Shown here in pieces: positions 11,101 through 26,320 of a DNA stretch of 64,000 nt. Location: positions 454,946 through 518,945 of the forward strand of contig NIVC01000713.1 in NCBI GenBank assembly GCA_002269645.1. The letters are read 5' to 3'. Every line of letters starts with the position of its first letter. The stretch's first letter is position 1. Source of the DNA: Macrostomum lignano (Eukaryota). The position numbers were made by a program, and so were the translations under genes. The notes under the pieces were generated by a model. That model was not told the origin of the DNA and made no database searches. It saw only the letters and a list, made by a program, of their open reading frames with translations.

Positions 11101-14100
11101 CAGACGCAGGCCAGCCAATGAGCAATCAGGGCAAAGGTGGCCATTAGCAACATGAGAACGGCAGCACCGTACTCAGAGTACTTGCCCAGCTTTCGAGCTA
11201 CTCGAACCAATCGAAGCAGTCGAGCAGTTTTGAGCAGTCCGATTAGAGTTACTGGCTGAAATTGTTTCATGTTCGGTTGAAGCTTACTGACCGTAGCTTA
11301 CTGACCGTAGCTTACTGACCGTAGCTTACTGACCGTAGCTTACTGACCGTAGCTTACTGACCATAGCTTACTGACCATAGCTTACTGACCGTAGCTTACT
11401 GACCGTAGCTTACTGACCGTAGCTTACTGACCGTAGCTTACTGACCGTAGCTTACTGACCGTAGCTTACTGACCATAGCTTACTGACCATAGCTTACTGA
11501 CCGTAGCTTACTGACCGTAGCTTACTGACCGTAGCTTACTGACCGTAGCTTACTGACCGTAGCTTACTGACCGTAGCTTACTGACCGTAGCTTACTGACC
11601 GTAGCTTATTGACCGTAGCTTACTGACCGTAGCTTACTGACCGTAGCTTACTGACCGTAGCTTACTGACCGTAGCTTACTGACCATAGCTTACTGACCGT
11701 AGCTTACTGACCATAGCTTACTGACCGTAGCTTACTGACCATAGCTTACTGACCATAGCTTACTGACCGTAGCTTACTGACCGTAGCTTACTGACCGTAG
11801 CTTACTGACCGTAGCTTACTGACCGTAGCTTACTGACCGTAGCTTACTGACCGTAGCTTACTGACCATAGCTTACTGACCGTAGCTTACTGACCGTAGCT
11901 TACTGACCGTAGCTTACTGACCATAGCTTACTGACCATAGCTTACTGACCGTAGCTTACTGACCATAGCTTACTGACCGTAGCTTACTGACCATAGCTTA
12001 CTGACCGTAACTTAGCCTACATAAATACATTACCTGTCTTAGTTATCCTAGCCATCAATTTAATTATCAAATCGCATGAGTGATATGCAAAGCAATGGGA
12101 GAAGTTCTTTACAGATCGTTGGATCACAATGAGATGAGTCCAATTTGATGGACGTGTGAGCAAGCCCACCATAAATCTAAGCCTCATTTGATCCACAGCT
12201 ACCAGCTAACTTTTAAGCTTGACTTGAAACCAAATAAAATCAGCCAGGGCAAAGAAAAGCTGAGTCACAAACCTCTTCTGTCTCGGCGCCCCAGAGCAGT
12301 AGGTCGAAAGGAATTGCCGATACGACGTCGATAAGAAACCAGCCTTTAAAATAGTGCACCGCAATCCGGCCCGGGTGCGTGACCACCTCATCATTTTTGT
12401 TAACGTACGTGGTGCGAAAATTGATTATTATATCAATGATAAACATGATGTCAATGATGATGTCAATGCCTGTCACTGGGTCGATGTTCAGTTCGTACTG
12501 CTGCCTCTGTAAATGCCACGGTGGATTGTTTGGAAAGTAAATTTGCGAGTCATTTCTGTAATGTTGATGATGATGCTCACAATACATGTATTACCCATTG
12601 TACTTTAAAATTCATCTATAAAGCCCTAAAATGAGCAGAAACATACCATACATGTACATGAATTAAATGGCACGGATAACATGTATAGCATCAACCAACA
12701 TGACCTAAGCAACAACCAACATGATCTAAGCATCAACCAACATGATCTAAGCAACAACCAACATGATCTAAGCAACAACCAACACGATCTAAGCCTCAAC
12801 CAACACGATCTAAGCATCAACCAACATGATCTAAGCATCAACCAACACGATCTAAGCATCAACCAACACGATCTAAGCATCAACCAACATGATCTAAGCC
12901 TCAACCAACATGATCTAAGCAACAACCAACATGATCTAAGCCTCAACCAACACGATCTAAGCAACAACCAACACGATCTAAGCAACAACCAACACGATCT
13001 AAGCATCAACCAACACAATCTAAGCATCAACCAACATGATCTAAGCATCAACCAACATGATCTAAGCAACAACCAACACGATCTAAGCCTCAACCAACAC
13101 GATCTAAGCATCAACCAACATGATCTAAGCCTCAACCAACATGATCTAAGCAACAACCAACATGATCTAAGCCTCAACCAACACGATCTAAGCAACAACC
13201 AACACGATCTAAGCAACAACCAACACGATCTAAGCATCAACCAACACAATCTAAGCATCAACCAACATGATCTAAGCATCAACCAACATGATCTAAGCAT
13301 CAACCAACACGATCTAAGCATCAACCAACACGATCTAAGCAACAACCAACACGATCTAAGCAACAACCAACACAATCTAAGCATCACCCAACATGACCTA
13401 AGCAACAACCAACATGATCTAAGCATCAACCAACACGATCTAAGCAACAACCAACATGATCTAAGCAACAACCAACACGATCTAAGCCTCAACCAACACG
13501 ATCTAAGCATCAACCAACATGATCTAAGCATCAACCAACACGATCTAAGCATCAACCAACACGATCTAAGCATCAACCAACATGATCTAAGCCTCAACCA
13601 ACATGATCTAAGCAACAACCAACATGATCTAAGCCTCAACCAACACGATCTAAGCAACAACCAACACGATCTAAGCAACAACCAACACGATCTAAGCATC
13701 AACCAACACAATCTAAGCATCAACCAACATGATCTAAGCATCAACCAACATGATCTAAGCAACAACCAACACGATCTAAGCCTCAACCAACACGATCTAA
13801 GCATCAACCAACATGATCTAAGCCTCAACCAACATGATCTAAGCAACAACCAACATGATCTAAGCCTCAACCAACACGATCTAAGCAACAACCAACACGA
13901 TCTAAGCAACAACCAACACGATCTAAGCATCAACCAACACAATCTAAGTATCAACCAACACAACCTAAACATCAGCCAACACGATCTAAGCATCAACCAA
14001 CATGATCTAAGCAACAACCAACATGATCTAACCCTCAACCAACACGATCTAAGCAACAACCAACACGATCTAAGCAACAACCAACACGATCTAAGCATCA

Positions 14101-17100
14101 ACCAACATGATCTAAGCCTCAACCAACATGATCTAAGCATCAACCAACACGATCTAAGCATCAACCAACACGATCTAAGCAACAACCAACACGATCTAAG
14201 CATCACCCAACATGATCTAAGCATCAACCAACACGATCTAAGCATCAACCAACACGATCTAAGCAACAACCAACACGATCTAAGCATCAACCAACACGAT
14301 CTAAGCAACAACCAACACGATCTAAGCATCAACCAACACGATCTAAGCAACAACCAACACGATCTAAGCATCACCCAACATGATCTAAGCATCAACCAAC
14401 ACGATCTAAGCATCAACCAACACGATCTAAGCAACAACCAACACGATCTAAGCATCAACCAACACGATCTAAGCAACAACCAACACGATCTAAGCATCAA
14501 CCAACACGATCTAAGCAACAACCAACATGATTTAAGCATCAACCAACACAATCTAAGCATCAACCAACACAATCTAAGCATCAACCAACACAATCTAAGC
14601 ATCACCCAACATGATCTAGGCATCAACCAACACAATCTAAGCATCACCCAACATGATCTAGGCATCAACCAACACAATCTAAGTATCAACCAACACAATC
14701 TAAGCATCAGCCAACATGATCTAAGCATCAACCAACACAATCTAAGCATCAACCAACACAATCTAAGCATCACCCAACATGATCTAGGCATCAACCAACA
14801 CAATCTAAGCATCACCCAACATGATCTAAGCATCAACCAACACGATCTAAGCATCAACCAACACGATCTAAGCATCAACCAACACGATCTAAGCATCAAC
14901 CAACACGATCTAAGCATCAACCAACACGATCTAAGCATCAACCAACACGATCTAAGCATCAACCAACACGATCGAAGCACCAATAACACGATTTGAGCAT
15001 CGACCATCACGATCTAAGCATCAACCAACACGATCGAAGCACCAATAACACGATCTAAGCACCAATAACACGATTTGAGCATCAACCAACACGATCTAAG
15101 CATCAACCAACACGATCGAAGCACCAATAACACGATCTAAGCACCAATAACACGATCTAAGCATCAACCAACACGATCTAAGCATCAACCAACACGATCG
15201 AAGCACCAATAACACGATCTAAGCACCAATAACACGATTTGAGCATCAACCAACACGATCTAAGCATCAACCAACACGATCGAAGCACCAATAACACGAT
15301 CTAAGCCTCAACCAACACGATCTAAGCATCAACCAACATGATCTAAGCCTCAACCAACATGATCTAAGCAACAACCAACATGATCTAAGCCTCAACCAAC
15401 ACGATCTAAGCAACAACCAACACGATCTAAGCAACAACCAACACGATCTAAGCATCAACCAACATGATCTAAGCAACAACCAACACGATCTAAGCCTCAA
15501 CCAACACGATCTAAGCATCAACCAACATGATCTAAGCCTCAACCAACATGATCTAAGCAACAACCAACATGATCTAAGCCTCAACCAACACGATCTAAGC
15601 AACAACCAACACGATCTAAGCAACAACCAACACGATCTAAGCATCAACCAACACAATCTAAGCATCAACCAACATGATCTAAGCATCAGCCAACACGATC
15701 TAAGCATCAACCAACACGATCTAAGCATCAACCAACACGATCTAAGTATCAACCAACACAACCTAAACATCAGCCAACACGATCTAAGCATCAACCAACA
15801 TGATCTAAGCAACAACCAACATGATCTAACCCTCAACCAACACGATCTAAGCAACAACCAACACGATCTAAGCAACAACCAACACGATCTAAGCATCAAC
15901 CAACATGATCTAAGCCTCAACCAACATGATCTAAGCATCAACCAACACGATCTAAGCATCAACCAACACGATCTAAGCAACAACCAACACGATCTAAGCA
16001 TCACCCAACATGATCTAAGCATCAACCAACACGATCTAAGCATCAACCAACACGATCTAAGCAACAACCAACACGATCTAAGCATCAACCAACACGATCT
16101 AAGCAACAACCAACACGATCTAAGCATCAACCAACACGATCTAAGCAACAACCAACACGATCTAAGCATCACCCAACATGATCTAAGCATCAACCAACAC
16201 GATCTAAGCATCAACCAACACGATCTAAGCAACAACCAACACGATCTAAGCATCAACCAACACGATCTAAGCAACAACCAACACGATCTAAGCATCAACC
16301 AACACGATCTAAGCAACAACCAACATGATTTAAGCATCAACCAACACAATCTAAGCATCAACCAACACAATCTAAGCATCAACCAACACAATCTAAGCAT
16401 CACCCAACATGATCTAGGCATCAACCAACACAATCTAAGCATCACCCAACATGATCTAAGCATCAACCAACACGATCTAAGCATCAACCAACACGATCTA
16501 AGCATCAACCAACACGATCTAAGCATCAACCAACACGATCTAAGCATCAACCAACACGATCTAAGCATCAACCAACACGATCTAAGCATCAACCAACACG
16601 ATCGAAGCACCAATAACACGATTTGAGCATCGACCATCACGATCTAAGCATCAACCAACACGATCGAAGCACCAATAACACGATCTAAGCACCAATAACA
16701 CGATTTGAGCATCAACCAACACGATCTAAGCATCAACCAACACGATCGAAGCACCAATAACACGATCTAAGCACCAATAACACGATCTAAGCATCAACCA
16801 ACACGATCTAAGCATCAACCAACACGATCGAAGCACCAATAACACGATCTAAGCACCAATAACACGATTTGAGCATCAACCAACACGATCTAAGCATCAA
16901 CCAACACGATCGAAGCACCAATAACACGATCTAAGCACCAATAACACGATCTAAGCATCAACCAACACGATCTAAGCATCAACCAACACGATCTAAGCAT
17001 CAACCAACACGATCTAAGCATCAACCAACATGATCTAAGCATCAATAAACATAATCTAAGCATCAACCAACACGATCTAAGCATCAACCATCACGATCTA

Positions 17101-20100
17101 AGCATCAACCAACATGATCTAAGCATCAATAAACATAATCTAAGCATCAACCAACACGATCTAAGCATCAATCAACACGATCTAAGCATCAACCAACACG
17201 ATCTAAGCTTCAACCAACATGATCTAAGCATCAATAAACATAATCTAAGCATCAACCAACACGATCTAAGCATCAATCAACACGATCTAAGCATCAACCA
17301 ACACTACGCTATCGATCTACGCCACATACATTGTACACCTAACACAATCAAGTCTTCGCAAATGAACCAAAGACCCAAATTTAATCCTCATGCTTGCATA
17401 CCAATTTTCGCTTCTGATTATTGTCCAACAGAAATGCCGCCACGTAAGGCGTGGAAATTGAGGTGTAGATGACCAACACCAGGATGAACCAGTCCCACAC
17501 CGACTTAAATGGCGAATAGTGCAGTATGATGCACCGATGCCCCTCCGGTGACTGCATCTTGCTCTCCGGTGGCAGTTCGGTTCCAAATGTCAGCATCTAC
17601 GAGTACAATACATCGAAAGATATCGATTCTGTATAGAATGGTAAATCAGCAGTCACCGGTACCGGAAGCAGTTGTGGTAGAACCAACAACAGGAATGAGT
17701 TTGGTCAAAACTTTAAAAGGTCAAGCGACTTTACTTAGGTCAAATTAAGCTAAACTGTTAGCTTAATAAATAGTGGAATTTCAAGGTAAGTATTTTATCC
17801 GAATATATAAAAGCTGAAAAATAAGGTTTTTTTTTTAGTAATAGGCTTAGTAATGGATAAACAGACAAAGGAAGTTTTACGATACAAAAGATACACCAAA
17901 GGAATTAAGATACACAATGTCACATGTAGTGTTTCATAAGTGACGAGAATTCTTTCATAACTTTTGAATAGGTTTTTGGCTCACTTTTGGATGGCTAGAG
18001 AGGTGTATGCCGAATGCCATTTGATACATATCCAGTCACAGAATATACGATTTCAGAGTTGGATGGACAAACCTGGCACCGATACGTCTCTTAATAAATA
18101 TGAGCCGAATTCAAATGGTCAAACCTAGACTCAACTACAATTAACAATTTGTCCATTATTTGCAAAATTTCTGTTGAAACTTTCCAGTTTTATCTATTCA
18201 AAAGTTATGACAGAATACTTGTTACTTTTGAAACACTCCTATTTGTTAATATAGTGGTTAGTTTTCATAAAAAACTCAAGCAGATCAGTTCTAAAAACGA
18301 ATTTCTCGGTTAAAGGAACGAGAGAAAATAAACAAACAACAAATAAAACCAGACTGAACTTTCCGACATTAAGAGACTGTTATATGCTACTACCAAGTAG
18401 GCACCTACATCCAGCGTGTTATCATACTGAAATGGCGGTAGAATTTGGCGAAGTTTAGCATTTCGTCCAGATAGACTTTTACTAAATACTTTGAAACCTC
18501 AAACAGCTTTCCATCCTTGGCCTAATAATAAAGGAATATTCGTTAAAATATCCACGTTTAACTCGTCATCTATCCTCAATCAAAATCCGGAAGCCCGTAC
18601 TTTTGAGCTACCATATCAACCCTTAGCCAAATATTGCACCAAGCCTAAAACCTTCCAGTATTCACCCAACCATTCTTAAGTCATTTTTGTCAATTTTTTG
18701 CATCACCGAATCATTCACAAAGAACCGTTGCCAAGGGGGGGCTAGGGAGGGGCTCCAATATGCTCCACGAACTCCATGTCAGCTGAATAGGCGCCCATTT
18801 ACAGCAGCTTCTGCGCCCCTGGTGCAGGCGCCCCTTGTGCTGGCGCCCCTTGTGCTGGCGCCCCTGGTGCTGGCGCCCCTGGTGCTGGCGCCCCTGGTGC
18901 TAAAGCCCCTTGTGCAGACGCCCCTGGTACTAAAGTCCCTGGTGCTAAAGCCCCTGGTGCTAAAGCCCCTGGTGCTAAAGCCCCTGGTGCTAAAGCCCCT
19001 GGTGCTAAAGTCCCTGGTGCTAAAGTCCCTGGTGCTAAAGCCCCTGGTGCTAAAGCCCCTGGTGCTAAAGTCCCTGGTGCTAAAGCCCCTGGTGCTAAAG
19101 TCCCTGGTGCTAAAGCCCCTGGTGCTAAAGCCCCTGGTGCTAAAGTCCCTGGTGCTAAAGCCCCTGGTGCTAAAGCCCCTGGTGCTAAAGTCCCTGGTGC
19201 TAAAGCCCCTGGTGCTAAAGCCCCTGGTGCTAAAGTCCCTGGTGCTAAAGCCCCTGGTGCTAAAGCCCCTGGTGCTAAAGTCCCTGGTGCTAAAGCCCCT
19301 GGTGCTAAAGCCCCTGGTGCTAAAGCCCCTGGTGCTAAAGCCCCTGGTGCTAAAGCCCCTGGTGCTAAAGCTCCCAAATAAAAAAAACTCTGGCTACGCC
19401 CATGCATTAACGGAAACCTTCACCCAAACTTCAGCCTAAGCGTGAAGTTCTCCCAAAACCATTTGCTTTTCAAACTAAGTATCAGCATCTTGCAGTTTCT
19501 CAAAACTCGATTCGAAGTCTTTCCTCACCTGGGCAACCTTCTCCGTCACATTCTGTCGCACCGAAGCCACCATAGGCGAGAAGCAGACGCTGTGCTGTCG
19601 ACCCGCCTGCTCTCCAGCTTGCTGGTACTGGCCCGGCTGCAGCAGACTGGATCGCGGATGTCCGTAAATATCCCAGTCTTCTGGCACCCGATTGTCTAGG
19701 GAGTCCCTTCGACGATGTACTGAAAAAGAGTTTTTGATGATGAACTAAGCTAGTGCCATACTGAAAGAAATTAAGTAAAATATGTTCTGACTTATATTCC
19801 TACGACCAAGTTTGCATTCAACTTTGCCAAAAAGTGACTTCAAGTTTGAGAACAACTGTTGCTCAGCTTCCAAGAAGGAGAAGAGGGACAAGAGACGGTT
19901 GGCGTTCGTGTTGCTTTTAGGATCGGAGGCGTGAGGACTGAGAGGTCTGAGGTCGTTCAGACGACCGGGTTCAGCTTTAAGATGCTCACACTGCACTGAT
20001 TCAGCCACAGTTATCCATAGAGACCTGTTGCCGGGAGGGTCACGACTTTTCTATGGGCTTGCCAAAATTGAAGACACCTTCGCCAAAGTCGAGATTAAAA

Positions 20101-23100
20101 TGGTATAGTTTAGCGCAAGACGAACGTTTGAGCAAGGACGCCACTCACACATCTCAGACGCCTCGCCAACGTTCACTCCTTCGAAGCTCGGGCTCAACGA
20201 CAGCAGACTGTCGCCGCGAGGCAACTCTAAGCCGCCGCTGGCTTTGCGATCCCGCACACCGGCCCCAGAGCCGAACGGGTCACTGTCCTCGGCGCTGAAG
20301 GAATCGTCGTTCTTGATCTTCAGGCCGACCAGAGCTGCTCGGAGAATCCCGCGAAGGCTGTCCTTCAGGCCCAGGCTGTCTGGAAGTTGTTTGAAATGCG
20401 ACAGCATATGCAGTATGACAGAGGCGTTAGCCGGAGACTTCTGTCTACCAACTGGGTGTTCACGTGCCGAAAAACATTTGTTCACTGGTGACTAAAAGTT
20501 GGATGCTAAATGGTGTTTACGAGACGTAGTAGTTGCATGTTCACTCTTTAGGCGACAGTTTGACGTTCAGATATTCACTAGTGTCTATCATTTACATGTA
20601 AACGTTACTTCTGGGTGCAATATAAGTATTAGTTACACTTACAGCATGTCAGTCACGCTTCAATTTGCTTTGAAATTAGCTCGTAATTATTTTAAAAGGA
20701 ATAATTATCGATTACCGAAAAACTCTTACTATAATACGCTTGTACATAACGTGTCTGACATGCACTGTGCGACACTTGGCTACGAAAATGTTAGTTGGAA
20801 AGTATAAACTGGTGCAGTCTAAAGCTATTGCGATGCAATGCAGAGGCAGATTTATTGACCATAGAGTGACAGATTGAATGACCATAGTGTGACTGATTGA
20901 ATGACCATAGAGTGGCAGATTGCATTACCATAGAGTGGCAGATTGAATGACCATAGAGTGGCAGATTGAATGACCATAGAGTGACAGATTGCATGACCAT
21001 AGAGTGACAGATTGCATGACCATAGAGTGACAGATTGCATGACCATAGAGTGACAGATTGCATGACCATAGAGTGACAGATTGCATGACCATAGAGTGAC
21101 ATATTGAATGACCATATAGTGTGGTATCATTCACATTGATTTGCTTGAAGTTAGGAAAAATACTGACTTTCTATCTATACTGGTAAGATCTTATATTCTG
21201 CTGCAGCCTGCAAGGGTAAATACTATATTATATACTACTCTGCACAAGACTGTGTGGTCTGACCATCCAACTCTTATTCATCAACTTAAGTTATCCGCAG
21301 AGCCTAATGCAGCATATCCGTGCCTCCCCTTAATCCTTTGCTCAGCTTCTCCTAGTGGCAGCTTTTAGCGTTTTATTTTAAATCCCTCCCTCGTGCTTTG
21401 TCCTGATAATCCGCGGGATGCTCAGAAACAGGCCTCCCTCAAGTTTATCCCAGCTGCAAAGAAATTCTAAATATACACTCAGAGATTCAGAACCCCAAAA
21501 TGCTGAGAAAGACTTGCTACATTAGCAATGACGCAAAATAACTTAATAACTCAAACTAATACTCACTGCACTGCAGTATTGGTTGTGCGGAATTGTTTGA
21601 TTGCTAAGTGTAAAAATGAATAGGGGCTGTGGATTGTCCAGCTTCTGTTACCATGGGACTCAGAGCTTCCGGTTGACTTTCTCGACGCTGAGGGGTGCGA
21701 GCGAATGAATTTTTAGTAAAGTAATAGTAAAATGGTATTGCATGATATCCTGCTCAGACAGACAGACAGGGAGTTGTAGCCTAGTGATCGGAGCGTCAGA
21801 CTCACAACTTGAAGGTCGGAGGTTCGATTTCCGATCTCACTGGAACAATTTGTGTCCTTGAGCAAGACACAATTAACTCTGCATTGCGTCAGCTCACCCA
21901 GCTGTAAAATGAGTGCCATAATTAGCTGGGGTAATTGAGGGTCCATCTAGATGGGGAATCTGCCCATCATCATTTTTATTAATTATAATTATTAAGGGGT
22001 AGGCACAAGTTTGACTGTCAGGGGCTGGAACAGGATTGAGTGTCAGGGGCTGGCATAATATTGAGTTGTCAGGGGCTGGAACAGGATTGAGTGTCAGGGG
22101 CTGGCATAATATTGAGTTGTCAGGGGCTGGAACAGGATTGAGTGTCAGGGGCTGGCACAGGATTGAGTGTCAGGGGCTGGCACAAGATTGGGTGTCAGGG
22201 GCTGGAACAGGATTGAGTGTCAGGGGCTGGCATAATATTGAGTTGTCAGGGGCTGGAACAGGATTGAGTGTCAGGGGCTTGTAAATGATTGAGTGTCAGG
22301 GGCTGGTAAAAGATTGAGTGTAAGGGGCTGGCACAACATTGAGTGTCAGGGGCTGGCACAGGATAGAGTGTCAGGGGCTGGCACAGGATTGAGTGTCAGG
22401 GGCTGGCACAGGATAGAGTGTCAGTGGCACAGGATTGAGTGTCAGGGGCTGGCACAGGATTGAGTGTTCAGGGGCTGGCACAGGATTGAGTGTCAGGGGC
22501 TGGCACAGGATTGAGTGTCAGGGGCTGGCACAGGATTGAGTGTCAGGGGCTGGCACAGGATTGAGTGTCAGGGGCTGGCACAGGATTGAGTGTCAGGGGC
22601 TGGCACAGGATAGAGTGTCAGTGGCACAGGATTGAGTGTCAGGGGCTGGCACAGGATAGAGTGTCAGTGGCACTGGATTGAATGTCAGGGGCTGGCACAG
22701 GATTGAGTTTCAGGGGCTGATAAAAGATTGAGTGTCAGAAGGTACAGAAACGAGCGCACGTACACGCGCGGGTAAAATGCAAAGCAAATTCGAGAAAATG
22801 TGCCACCCAGTAGTCCGTTTGACAGACGCATTCGCTTAGCAACCTCGTTTCTGCGCACACGTGCTGATCATCTTTTGCGAGTCTACTTTTTAGTGACGAG
22901 CTGGACAGAAGGCAATCGCGCTAATCTGGGACTCAACCGGATGCTGCAGGCACGTGGGGAGCTGCTCGGACCGCCCGCTAACAAGAGAAGTCGGACAGTA
23001 GGACGGAACACGGCGGGGACGGTTCCTTCCTCTTTGCTAATTGGAATTCCTTATGGGGGTAGTTTTTGCTCAACGAGAGCTAGAGATGATGAGCCTTAGG

Positions 23101-23216
23101 CACTTGTAGCGATATGAGTCTATAGCTATGGCTGACTCCGCACAGCTCAGGCTGTCACTCTCACTACTGTCCTTGTATCTAGCTAAGAGCTGAAATTACC
23201 GGGGATGCCGGGGCGA

Positions 23217-23259
<43 letters not shown>

Positions 23260-23287
23260 GGCAGACAGAAAGACAGACAGGCAGACC

Positions 23288-23383
<96 letters not shown>

Positions 23384-26251
23384 GGCAGACAGACAGACAG
23401 GCAGACAGACAGACAGACAGACAGACACTAAGACCACTAAGACACTAAGACACTAAGACCACTAAGACACTAAGACCACTAAGACACTAAGACCACTAAG
23501 ACACTAAGACCACTAAGACACTAAGACCACTAAGACCACTAAGACCACTAAGACACTAAGACACTAAGACACTAAGACCACTAAGACACTAAGACACTAA
23601 GACCACTAAGACACTAAGACCACTAAGACACTAAGACCACTAAGACCACTAAGACACTAAGACACTAAGACACTAAGTAAGACACTAAGTAAGACACTAA
23701 AACACTAAGACACTAAGACACTAAGACCACTAAGACCACTAAGACACTAAGACCACTAAGACACTAAGTAAGACACTAAGTAAGACACTAAGACACTAAG
23801 ACACTAAGACACTAAGACCACTAAGACACTAAGACACTAAGACACTAAGACCACTAAGACCACTAAGACCACTAAGACACTAAGACCACTAAGACACTAA
23901 GACACTAAGACACTAAGTAAGACACTAAGTAAGACACTAAGTAAGACACTAAGACACTAAGACACTAAGACCACTAAGGCACTAAGACCACTAAGACCAC
24001 TAAGACACTAAGACCACTAAGACCACTAAGACACTAAGACCACTAAGACACTAAGACACTAAGACAGTAGTAACCCAGCTAAATACTCGTAAGTACCACG
24101 AAAGGGACGCCTAAGTGGCTCAAAATGAGCTCAACACCGAGAAAGTTTCGTGGGAAAACGGCATTAGCAAGCAGATGGAGGGGAGAGGAAGCTGGGGAAA
24201 CTCGCTGTCCCCCCGACAGTTCGGTCAAGTGGGAACTCGGTACTCGGGCCTAGCAACTAGCGTATGGGAAAATCGGCCTCGAGGCCAGAGCCGGACACTT
24301 CGATGGGTTTTCAGCGGCCGTAATGAGACCCGGGACCCGCCCATCCTGCATCCTTCTTCCCCCACTTCCCCTTCTTCCCGAATTCTCCCTTTCCCTGTTA
24401 AGCCTCACATTTAATCCCATGCCGCTGAATCTCCAGCCAGTCGGTCTCAAACTCTTGAGATCGAAAGTCGAACGCCTTGAGAAATCCACCCCTTAGCCAG
24501 CCATTTGGATTTCAACAGCAAATAATTTGGCCCTAAGGAAGTCGAGCGGCTAGGCACTTATGTACTACTCCTAGTCGGGCGTATCTCTCACCCTGCGACA
24601 GATATGCATCGCTTAGAAGTGAGGAGGGGACGGGGGAGCAGTGCAGGATGCTGTGCAGGAACCTCAATAACCGACCGTGAGTAAGAAGGGAGTCGTCAGA
24701 AATTTGTCAAGTGTTTTGTTGTACGAGTATTAGATCTATTCACATATTCAATCAAATCTATCATCCTTGGCCTTTAAAAGAACAAGCTGTTCTTTAACTT
24801 GGAAATTCTTAATCATCAAGGCAGCTAGTACGAGCGTACAGTAGAGTAAAATCATCCAGCATCTGAGTCACGACAGCTCACTCTGCTTGGCAATTTTTAT
24901 TTCTGTTTTCAACCTTCTCCTATCAAATTTCACCTATCCTGACGTAGCTTTTAAGCTTCTCAAATTTCACATTTTGCATTTCTATTCTCCTGTAGCTAAT
25001 CGTGAAAACGTATAGAAAAACGATGAAATTGGGATGGTTTTCGGTTGTACGTAAGCCCGATCGACCGTCTATTATTCTATATATATGGCTATACGTGTTC
25101 GAGATGTCGAGGCTCATGGATGAGGGGGTTGCTCAGATGCCAGGGGTCAACTAAGAGTTGTTGGTAGGCCAAGGATCAAAGGGAGAGTAAGAGTCAGGAT
25201 TAAGCCATCACTAAAAGGGAGGCTTTGATGCCAAAGTTCAAAGGGGATGCTGATATCTTAGGCTTGATATATAGCAGATGGCAGAAACAACTAACGATAG
25301 AGACTGTAAAAGGTTAAAAAGCTACAATTGAGTAGCGTATGCAGTATTTCTCCTGAGCAGATTGAAGGTGGGCATCCGGAGAGCTCGCAGAGTCCGGTTC
25401 ACATCGTCATCAGGAACTGCATGGGGACCGACAAAAGCTTACAGATGCCGGGTTATCCCAAAGCAACGCTTATCTATTCAGCAATGAAACCTAATGTGAG
25501 AGGGAGCACTGCAAGCGGGTTAGTTAGTGTGCCACTCGCGTTAGCTGGTACTGATTGTGAGTCCTAATTGCTAAGTTTAAACGATAATTATAAGCCTACT
25601 ATTATGTAGGCCATCGTCCTGGGACTTTTTCCACTGTTCTACTTTGTTTCGCTTTGCGCGCACAAGTCTCCGTCTTCCGCTTGGCCATGCCGATCTGGAA
25701 ACTTAAAACCCCGGCAGATGCAAACCAACATGTAGGTTGCGGAGACGGACATCTACTGATCGATATTGAGGGGGCGACACAAAAAACTTTTGCTTCTCCT
25801 GTTCGTCTCGCTTTCCAGTTTTTTATCCTTCTGAGCTTTTCCCAAGCCGGCTACTGCTGGCTGCGTCTTAGGCCCGGTGCCCCGCCTGCCGGCCGCCAGA
25901 ATCAATCGAATCAATGAGGCGGAGGGGCGGCCGAGGGGAACCCGCCGGTTTGTCGACGCGACCGATTCGAATTCAGGATTTTCTCTCCTCCATCGTGCCA
26001 CCTCTGGCCTCCCCTGCAGCATAGTTGCGTTGCTTTTTGAGCAGAGCTTTGCATAATTTAATCTGCATTAAGTCTCTCGGCTGGGCGAACTTGGCCCGTT
26101 TGAGACTGGCGGCGAGCTGTGGATGCACGGTTGAGCTGACAGAGCACAGCTGGGGCGCCAACTTTACCTTTAATTCATGGCTCTCTGGGGAACGGGCGCA
26201 GCAGGGATTAGAGCTGCATCTATGTCTGTCTGTCTGTCTATCTATCTATCC

Positions 26252-26320
<69 letters not shown>

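Noticed and set aside
12626-16640. Very long ORFs (794, 771 and 457 aa; LRSCWLM / NQHDLS repeats)
   Set aside because: By-product of a stop-free 21-bp unit. They lie within a KCNH intron and have no unique sequence.
18687-19439. Elastin/collagen-like GALAP or PLVLK repeat protein (also 54121-54651)
   Set aside because: 15-bp minisatellite open in several frames on both strands, with no unique coding flanks.
19745-20015. ORF 19745-20008 as an extra KCNH exon
   Set aside because: Acceptor phase does not match exon 4 and there is no convincing donor. Exon 4 splices to exon 5 in frame without it.
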